Assembly: GCA_951406725.2 (NCBI GenBank)
Contig: OX597818.1
Span: 33,914,001-33,978,000, forward strand
DNA length: 64,000 bases
Source: Octopus vulgaris
Lineage: Eukaryota
Direction of reading: 5' to 3'
Shown: positions 55,024-64,000 of the stretch, piece by piece
How positions within the stretch are numbered: the first letter of the stretch is position 1
How the letters are laid out: the number at the start of each line of letters is the position of its first letter
Translations under genes and position numbers: made by a program
The notes under the pieces: model-generated
Databases searched by the model: none
What the model saw: only the letters and a program-made list of their open reading frames with translations
Told to the model about the DNA's origin: nothing

Positions 55024-55184
55024 ATATTGGCAGGGCTGGCCTGCTAGGTAGCCGGCCAGAATGCTAGAAAAAGATCATCAACGATCAAACTACAAGGGAA
55101 ATTCTCTAGAGGAAGAATTCAGTGAACACCAGAACCAAATTTGGCGGGCAGGACATATGAAAAATTAAATAAAAAACAGACTTA

Positions 55185-55260
55185 AATGCATACCTCGGTT
55201 TCGGTCTTAACAAAAGAATTACTTGCATAATTCAAGTGTCCGTGACTTCTTCAGTACATT
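55185..55260 (-). ncRNA. Hammerhead-like motif (mirror copy of 55429-55504)
   Basis: Reverse complement of the right-arm motif with one substitution. Confidence 0.65.
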
Positions 55261-55428
55261 CGGTCCTCGAGATGCAAACTGAAAGACTAACCCCAGCTCT
55301 CCGTGTCAAGACAGACACGTGCTTAAAATTTTGAAATTTTATTCCCGATGTAATCAGTAAGACTAAGCACGTGTCTGTCTTGACACGGAGAGCTGGGGTT
55401 AGTCTTGCGGTTTGCATCTCGAGGACCG

Positions 55429-55504
55429 AATGTACTGAAGAAGTCGCGGACACTTGAATTATGCAAGTAATTCTTTTGTTAAGACCGAAACCGAGGTATG
55501 CATT
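55429..55504 (+). ncRNA. Minimal type I hammerhead-like motif
   Basis: Stem I AATGTA/TGCATT, CTGAAGA, stem II base (A)GTC/GAC(C), GAAA, ACC-GA-GGT, GTA site. Confidence 0.65.
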
Positions 55505-55749
55505 TAAGTCTGTTTTTTATATAAATTTTCATATGTCCTGCCCGCCAAATTTGGTTCTGGTGTTCACTGAATTCTTCCTCTAGAGAATTTCCCTTGTAGT
55601 TTGATCGTTGATGATCTTTTTCTAGCATTCTAGCCCTGCCAATATACACATATATTTAAATTTTCTCTGACTCCTCAGATTTTTTGAATGCTGGACTACT
55701 GGTTTTAAATTGATATTAAAATTAATATTAATTTATCTCCCTCAATTTT

Positions 55750-55796
<47 letters not shown>

Positions 55797-56014
55797 CCGT
55801 AATGAGATTAAAAAAAACCTAAGGCTGTGTAGATTTTAGAACATTTATAAATAGAAAGCTGAAAAATGTTTATATACACACACTGATATATGACCTAAGT
55901 TGGACCCCTTATTCGCATAATCACCTAACCTGGAACGTAACTCTGGTCTATCCATAACACTTATTCAGCATTACCCGACACCTTTGGGTCTCACTGACAC
56001 CACTACCTCTTATA

Positions 56015-56051
<37 letters not shown>

Positions 56052-56135
56052 ATATATATATATATATATATATACTTTTATTCTTTTACTTTTTTCAGTC
56101 ATATGACTGCAACCATGCTGGAGCACTACCTTTAA

Positions 56136-56215
<80 letters not shown>

Positions 56216-57038
56216 TAAAGACGTTTGTTGTGTAAGGCCAGAGCAATGCGAGAATTTACAAAGTGCAAAAGGAAAAGAAAACTGAACAAAGTTGTAGTTT
56301 TACCTTGTATTTCTATATGCCTGGGTGAAGGAGAAAAGGGAGGAATGAAGAAAGGGAAGAATCAGGAAGGGGAGGAAAGAGAAAGATGTGTATGTGTGTG
56401 TGCGCACATGTGTATGTAACAGGCTTCATACAGTTTCCTGATACCAAAAGACATTTGCCCAAATTGAGTGTCATGAAACCGAAGTCAAGAGCATATGACA
56501 GAATACCGAACTACTTGCATATCCATGCAACCGCCTTTTGTTTCTTTTGCATTTTCGTTTATTTTTTATTTTTTTATTGTTAGTTTTTTTTTCGCATTGT
56601 CCCATTTTTGCTCTACTACAATAACATTATACTTGCATTGGCTTCATCACATTGCGCATGTGTAAAATACAGTCCCTCTGACAGATTTTTGCATAGGGAA
56701 TTTTATTTAGCGGAAGTGAGACGTTGAGTAGCACATTCAGACATTTAACGTACTTTTCGCAAAACGAGGTTTTTTTAGTTGTACGTTTGCTCCTTTTTAG
56801 CATGCATTTCCCGTTTTTAATTAATACACATATATATATTTGTGTGTGAGTTTCTGCATATGTGTGCGTGCGCGTGTACATACGATACATTTTTTTCTTA
56901 TCCCATGTAGTTACTTAAGATGTCTCTGAATTCCATTATCTTAAGTGTAGTTAGAAGTGTATTAATGGCTCATTGAAGGAGATTCTTGCATACGCAAAAG
57001 CAAACACGCACACACACCATGACGCAGAAGTATATATG

Positions 57039-57078
<40 letters not shown>

Positions 57079-57108
57079 ATGTATGATTTAATGAATATAT
57101 GTATATAC

Positions 57109-57151
<43 letters not shown>

Positions 57152-57546
57152 ATGTATGTGTTAATGAATATATATATATATATATATATATATACATGTT
57201 CTTATACATGTATCATATACCATACGTTTATATCAACTACATATATACATATATATTCATTTGCATGCCTATATGTATGTATGTATGAATGAATGGATGG
57301 ATTGATGGATGTTTGGTTATACGTACGTATATGTGTATGTGGATTCAGCTCTGCGTCCCCTTTTATATACAATATGGTTTCGATAAATGCTATTAGATTA
57401 GTGTAAAGAGTTTTAAGTAAATTTATATACAGGTGGAATGTATAAAAAAAGAGACAAAATATATTCATATAACACACATATAAATGAGTACTCATGTACG
57501 CACTTACACATGTACACATGCTTGCTCACATATGTGCATACGTTAC

Positions 57547-57595
<49 letters not shown>

Positions 57596-57642
57596 TGTAT
57601 GTATCTTAATATGATAATGAGCATACTGTTTTTATATATTTG

Positions 57643-57687
<45 letters not shown>

Positions 57688-58100
57688 CCAGAATCACGCC
57701 GGAAGCAAAAAAAGAGACAATTCAGTGAAGGAGAAGTAGTGAGAGTAATAGCCCCAAATGAGAGAAATGAGAGAAAGTAATAGCAATGTGAGAAAGGAAA
57801 GAGTGAAAAAATTCAGCATTTCAACTCTGTGTGAGTGTATGTGTGTATATGTGCGCGTGTACAAGGGAAGTATGTGAATGTTTGTATTTGTGATTATTAT
57901 GTATCTTATTTTATACCTTATATATATAATGCTACAATTAACCGTCATTATTGACGGCACGTGATCAGGTAGTATAGTCATAATTGTCTTATGAAACACA
58001 TAGCGTAGAAGTACCCAAGTCGAGCCTAAGACGTTACACAAGTATAGTGGATAGAGTGGAAAAAGTTCAAAACACACAGTCTATGATTAACACACACATA

Positions 58101-58167
58101 TACGGGTTTGGTGGTTAAAAGAGCGGGCTACTAACCCCAAGATTCCGAGTTCGATTCCAGGCAGTGA

Positions 58168-58254
<87 letters not shown>

Positions 58255-58259
58255 TGATG

Positions 58260-58314
<55 letters not shown>

Positions 58315-58328
58315 TGATGATGATGATG

Positions 58329-58389
<61 letters not shown>

Positions 58390-58660
58390 GGCATAACAAC
58401 AACACGAACTTCCAACCTGTTGTGTCTTGAGGTCTCTGGGTGAGACTTGGGGCCAACTTGTACAAATATGAAGCAAAAGTCAAACATAGAATAACAATAA
58501 TTATAACATCGAAAAATACCTTAGGAATGAGAACCCAAGTTCGAAATTTCCCCAAGACACCTGATGAAGGCTGGAGGGTATATCAGCCGAAACGTTGTGT
58601 TAACAACAATCAAGATAAGGACAAATATCCGTCAAATGTAAATAATGTAAATAATGTAAA
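58101..58660 (+). mobile_element. tRNA-headed SINE-like element with internal (AAT)n and hammerhead-bearing 3' part
   Basis: TGGTGGTTAAAAGAGC A-box-like, GGG-CTACTAA-CCC anticodon-like arm, GAGTTCGATTCC B box; tail of AATGTAAAT units. Confidence 0.7.
58556..58601 (+). ncRNA. Minimal hammerhead ribozyme motif
   Basis: GACAC-CTGATGA-A-GGCTG(GAGGGTATAT)CAGCC-GAAA-CG-TT-GTGTT; palindromic AACGTT in place of helix III. Confidence 0.75.
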
Positions 58661-58832
58661 CTATGGATTGCCCGAACTGAAATATATATTAATATATTAG
58701 AGATATAAAAATATATAGAAATATAAAAATATATGAATACTAAATAATATTTATGGGCATATAGGTTTATAGATATATAAACATACTAATAATAGAATAT
58801 AGATAAAAAAGACGTTTTTAACTACACACACG

Positions 58833-58908
<76 letters not shown>

Positions 58909-59028
58909 TATGTATGTGTGTAAGTGTGTGAGAGTGTGCGTATGTGTGTGCATGCATGAAGATGTGAGTTTGCATGTACTCACGAAATCGTACAGACATA
59001 CATATAGGTGACCTGTGTTATAAATACA

Positions 59029-59064
<36 letters not shown>

Positions 59065-59116
59065 TATATGTGTGGGTGTGTGTGTGTATGCATGTGTGTG
59101 TGTGTGCGTATATATA

Positions 59117-59172
<56 letters not shown>

Positions 59173-59173
59173 A

Positions 59174-59236
<63 letters not shown>

Positions 59237-59238
59237 TT

Positions 59239-59407
59239 AGGCGTGGCTGTGAGGTAAGAATCTTGCTTCCCAGCCATATGGTTCCGGGTTCAGTCCCACT
59301 GCGGGTCTTCTACGATAGCCACGGTGCGACCAAAGCCTTGTGAGTGGATTTGGTAGACGAAATACTGAAAGAAGGCTGTCGTATATATTTATGTATTTAT
59401 ACGTATA

Positions 59408-59469
<62 letters not shown>

Positions 59470-59686
59470 CGTGTGTGCGTGTGTTTTTTTGTGTCTGTGT
59501 TTGTTCCCCACCACCACCACCACCACCACCATCGCTTGACAACCGATGCTGGTGTGTTTATGTCCGCGGAAGTTATCGGTTCGGTAAAAGGGACAGATAG
59601 AATAAGTACTAGGCTTACAAAGAATAAGTCCTAGCGTCGATTTCTTCGACTAAAGGCGGTGCTCCCGCACGGCCGCAGTCAAATGA
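59239..59686 (+). mobile_element. tRNA-derived SINE family B
   Basis: Colinear with 5041-5490; tail interrupted at 59686. Confidence 0.85.
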
Positions 59687-59853
59687 GCTCTTCGTCGGAA
59701 ACATAGGAGAAGGAAAGATCCAGGGAAGGGAAGACAGGAAAAAAATCGACAACGGTACACACGCGGTCACATTTTAAATGACCGATATATATATATACAG
59801 CATGGCTACAGTCACGTGACAGAAACGTATAAATGAGTAAAGGAGTAAACTAT

Positions 59854-59884
<31 letters not shown>

Positions 59885-59977
59885 CTCACACACACACATA
59901 TATATATCCTTTTTTCTCTCCTTTTTATTCTCTCTTTTTTTTCTCTCCTTGTTTCTCTACTTGTTTTTTCTGTGTAC

Positions 59978-60013
59978 CTTTCTGTAAAAGAGCGTAGGCT
60001 CGAAACGTAAAAG
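59978..60013 (+). ncRNA. Variant or decayed minimal hammerhead-like motif
   Basis: CTTT-CTGTAAAA-GAGC(GTAG)GCTC-GAAA-CG-TA-AAAG: stems intact, core deviates from CUGANGA. Confidence 0.5.
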
Positions 60014-60159
60014 ACTTTTTCTATTCCTGAGCGTTATACTAATACATCTGTTTTTCTTTTGAACACCACCTGTCTTCGTCTTTTGTTTTTTTCGTGAACG
60101 TTCCCTATATATATTGTATAGAGAGCATTTATCCTTAATTGTTAAATATATATATATAG

Positions 60160-60545
60160 ATAGATAAGAAAGTTGGTTTGTGAAAGCACCTGGTTGAATA
60201 TATAGAAAATAGTAAAAAGTGAAAAAACTACAGAAGGCTTGTTTTAAAAGGTTAAAATATATATATTTGAGTCAATATGTCTGAAGAATATTATAAACTT
60301 TTTTCTTACAATGACAGTTTAGAAGAAAGACCAGTTTCGCGTTTAGCTTTTCAAATTTCTTACGTCGTACATACCCAAATTTCTTAACGACGTAAGAAAT
60401 TTGAAAAGCTAAACGCGAAACCGGTCTTTCTTCTAAACTATGTCATTGTAAGAAAAAATTTATAATATTCTTCAGACATATTGACTCAAATATATATTTT
60501 TTAACCTTTTAAAACAAGCCTTCTGTAGTTTTTTCACTTTTTACT

Positions 60546-60550
<5 letters not shown>
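60160..60550. repeat. Fold-back element in (TA)n: arms 60206-60368 and 60387-60550
   Basis: About 163-bp inverted arms; GCGAAACCGGTC (hammerhead 3'-half-like) at 60415-60426. Confidence 0.9.
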
Positions 60551-60621
<71 letters not shown>

Positions 60622-61308
60622 CGTGTATGTATGTATGTATGTATGTATGTATGTATGTATGTATGTATGTATGTATTTATAACACAGGTCACATATATAT
60701 ATGTCTGTACGATTTTGTAAGTACATGGAAACTCACATACACACACTCACACACACCTGCACACACATATGTGTGTAATGTATGTATGTTTTTTTGTATG
60801 TATGCACGTATGTATGTATGCACGTATGTATGTATGTATGTATGTATGTATGTATGTATGTATGTATGTATGTATGTATGTATGTATAACATTGTCCATG
60901 TGTGCGTACTTCTTTGCCAATTTGTACATACCCAAATACTTACAAGCATATATACATATATCACTAAGCTCTAATATTTCTCAATATATTATTTAAAGTA
61001 CATCACCATTTTAAATGCAATTGACTCCAAAATCGGATATTTAGAAAGTTTATCTAGATTTTAATTTTTACTTTATTCCTTGTTAATAATGATATACAGA
61101 GCAATACATTTTTATAGATATTCCTCGACTGATGTGAAAAAAAGCATTAAATATTTTCTTTGTTTACGCATGCGCGCTTGTCTTTGGATGCTTGAGTTAA
61201 CTCTATTTCCACATACAAACCTTAGTAAATACATTTAATGGATGTAATGCGTTTTAAGTGCTCCGAAAAGCACATTTATTTCCTTCACACTTTTATACCA
61301 ATTCATAC

Positions 61309-61459
<151 letters not shown>

Positions 61460-61514
61460 CATAAAGTTATGGTGCAATGCTACAAGATGACTTCATTCCT
61501 AAGCTTAGACAATT

Positions 61515-61972
61515 ACAATTGATAGAGAATACAGTTTTTCTAAAAAGATGGTCGCTTTCCTCTACAAGTTAAGGAGTTTCTAAATGAGAAATTCCCTCAC
61601 AGACAAATAGGAAGAAGTGGACCATATTTTTGTCCTCCAGGTCCACCAGATTTGACATTGGATTTCTTTTTATGGGGCCACGTGAATATTATTGTTTATT
61701 CAACTAAGCCTTAACCTTTAGAAGACTTGAAAGCAAAGGTAACTTATGTGATTGAAGGTGTTACTTAAAATCAGATGGAAAATTTTTTCCAAGAACTACA
61801 GAATCATATTTCTCTTTCAATCAGTAATGATGGCGGACATGTTGAAAATTAAAATATCCAAAATATTTAGGCCTTTCTTCTTTCTTATTATCCTTTATAC
61901 AGATTAATTCTATTGTGTATAGTAACCAAGATACACATATTTAACTTGCACCCTGATTTTATGGAAATCCTG
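61515..61972 (+). mobile_element. 3' part of a Tc1/mariner-superfamily transposon
   Basis: FLNEKFPHRQIGRSGPYFCPPGPPDLTLDFFLWGHV..VYSTKP..LEDLK..DGGHVE (WPPRSPDLTPLDFFLWG-like); ends ..AATCCTG-TA. Confidence 0.8.
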
Positions 61973-62010
<38 letters not shown>

Positions 62011-62139
62011 CGTTTGTGTGTGTATGTATATAGGTATGTACGTATACATACATACATGTAAGGTTGTTTTTATAGCTACTACCGACTGCTCGAAGTGCAC
62101 TAACTTCCTAAACACTTGGATCTTACAATTACAGGTAGG

Positions 62140-63667
62140 AATTGCCTGACCTAGCTCCTACAGCACTATGACTGGGTGTTGAGGCAGTTACGCGACAACT
62201 CAAATGTGGACGTAATATATCTTGATTTTGCAAAAAGCTTTTGATAAGGTTGATCATCGTATATGCCACAAACTGCATGATCTTGGCATAGCTGGGAGAT
62301 TTGGAGAGTGGTTACACGGCTTTCTGAAAGATAGAAGTCAGGCAGCGGTGACCAGTAGAGTCACCTCAAAGAAAACACAAATAGTGAATGGTGTTCCATA
62401 GGTCATTGTCTTGAGACCACTGATTTTCATAGTGACCCTCTCAGATTTGCCCTCAACTAGCCGGATAACCACCCTTGCTTCCTGCGCAGATGATACGAAA
62501 GTTTCGATGTTGCACATCTGCAGCAGGAGTTGAATGCAATTTACAAATGGACTGATGACAATAATATGCTGTTTATTGATAGACAATTCCAAGCCCTGTG
62601 CTACTACCACCCAAAACTGAACGAAAACCTTACAGGATTCACTGGCCCAAGTGCACATTACCAAAATGGTGAGAAAGTGAAGACGGCTGGCTAGCTGGAT
62701 TCTGACAACCTTCAGAAACAAAGAAAAGGAAACTGTGATGGTCCTGTGGAGGACATTCGATCTCAGCCGCCTGGACTACTGCTCCCATCTATGGTCACCC
62801 TACAGTGTAAAATTAGCAGGAGACCTTGAAACAATCCAGCGAAGCTTCACAAAGAATATCGTCTTATCCCAAAAGCTCAGCTAGTAGAAAAGGCTTAAAC
62901 AGCTAAGACTCTTTGGAGCGAAGGCAAGAGAGATATGCAATAATATACATCTGGAAGATCCTGGAAGGGATTGTGATAAATGTTGGCATGGAAAGCTACA
63001 CAAATGCCAGAACGATCGCCACTGCATAGTGCCAAAGATCCCAACAATGCTGTCGCGCTCCGGGACCAGTTACTGCAACAGCCTGGCTTTCAAGGGCCCA
63101 CAGCTTTTTAATATTCTCCCAAAGAGCCTGAGAGACCTACACAAAGTGGATGTAGATGTTTTCAAAACAAGATTGGATCTCTTCCTGTCAAGAGTCCCAG
63201 ATGGACCCACTTCGAGATAGGAGACGCAAATAAGGGCAGCGACAACAAACTCCCTTATTCACCAAATGCTACATATCAGAGGAGGCATAATAACAGTGTA
63301 GCAAAACGGCGGTGCCCAGTATGAAGTGCCCAGTGGAAGCGCCATCCAACCAAAATGCAAATATATGGGAAACTACCACCTGTGTCATCTCTTGTGAAAG
63401 GTAAGGGAGTCCAGTTTGCTGGACATTGTTGTAGAGCTGAAAACGAGGTAATTTCTACTCTTCTCCTCTGGAAGCCATCTACTCGCGATACCAGAGGGCG
63501 GACACTCTCCTACCCAGATGTAATCTCCAGGGATACAGGCATCCAGCAACAGGACCTCCGTAATACCATGATGGACCGTGAAGTCTGGCGTAGCATGGTA
63601 AATTCCATTGTCTCGACCACGGTCGAACAATGATGAAATGATGATGGCCACAGCTTTGAGCTGAAAC
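62140..63667 (+). mobile_element. 5'-truncated CR1-like LINE with decayed RT; tail split by an RTE insertion
   Basis: VDVIYLDFAK.AFDKVDH, NGVP*..VLRPLIF, ADDTK, RLDYCSHLWSP, FKGPQLFNILP; tail GGCGGTGCCCAGTATG (63308-63323) resumes as ATGGCCACAGCTTTGAGCTGAAAC (63644-63667). Confidence 0.9.
63324..63643 (+). mobile_element. 3' end of RTE-clade LINE
   Basis: ORF 63355-63633 QIYGKLPPVS..QFAGHC..DREVWR; (ATG)n tail. Confidence 0.85.
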
Positions 63668-63672
63668 TGATA

Positions 63673-63725
<53 letters not shown>

Positions 63726-63778
63726 TTCTTGTTGCAACACACACACGCACACACATATGAGAGAAAGAGAGAGTAAAC

Positions 63779-64000
63779 TGGCACTACATTGGTTACGACG
63801 ATGATGTTTCCAGTTGATCTAATCAATGGAACAGTCTGTTCATGAAATTAACGAGCAAGTGGCTGAGCACTCCTCACTCACGCGTATCTATAACGCAGTT
63901 CTCAGGGAGATTCAACGTGACACAGAGTGACAAAGCTGATCTTTTAAAATACAGGTACCATTCATTTTTTTAAAGTGTCTTGCACACGGATTCAACGTGT
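63779..64000 (-). mobile_element. 3' part of SINE family C
   Basis: Colinear with 7935-8190. Confidence 0.75.

Larger units (their letters stand above)
55019..55752 (+). mobile_element. PLE-like fold-back element in (TA)n: arms 55019-55325 and 55364-55650
   Basis: About 290-bp near-perfect inverted arms, 38-nt spacer, 3' extension, hammerhead-like motif in each arm. Confidence 0.85.

Overview
AT-rich, repeat-saturated animal DNA, most likely octopus/cephalopod intergenic or intronic sequence. That assignment comes from my recollection of the SINE families and the microsatellite density, not from a database search. I can support no intact host protein-coding gene; nearly all listed ORFs are translations of microsatellites. 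Content: four or five tRNA-derived SINE families, CR1-like, RTE and R4/Dong-like LINE fragments, a full-length decayed mariner with TIRs, other Tc1/mariner and pogo fragments, MITEs and a non-autonomous Helitron. The most interesting layer is a set of Penelope-like (PLE) relics, comprising two GIY-YIG endonuclease pseudogene fragments, several (TA)n-embedded fold-back elements and about ten hammerhead-ribozyme-like motifs, most of them decayed or partial. One near-intact minimal hammerhead lies in the 3' part of a tRNA-headed SINE-like element (58101-58660), making it a candidate ribozyme-bearing, PLE-mobilised SINE. Also notable: MetaSINE-like dimers that share a precise junction at a hairpin loop, and a covarying 3' stem-loop shared by a SINE and several CR1-like LINE tails. 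All structures were read by eye and coordinates of decayed repeats are approximate.
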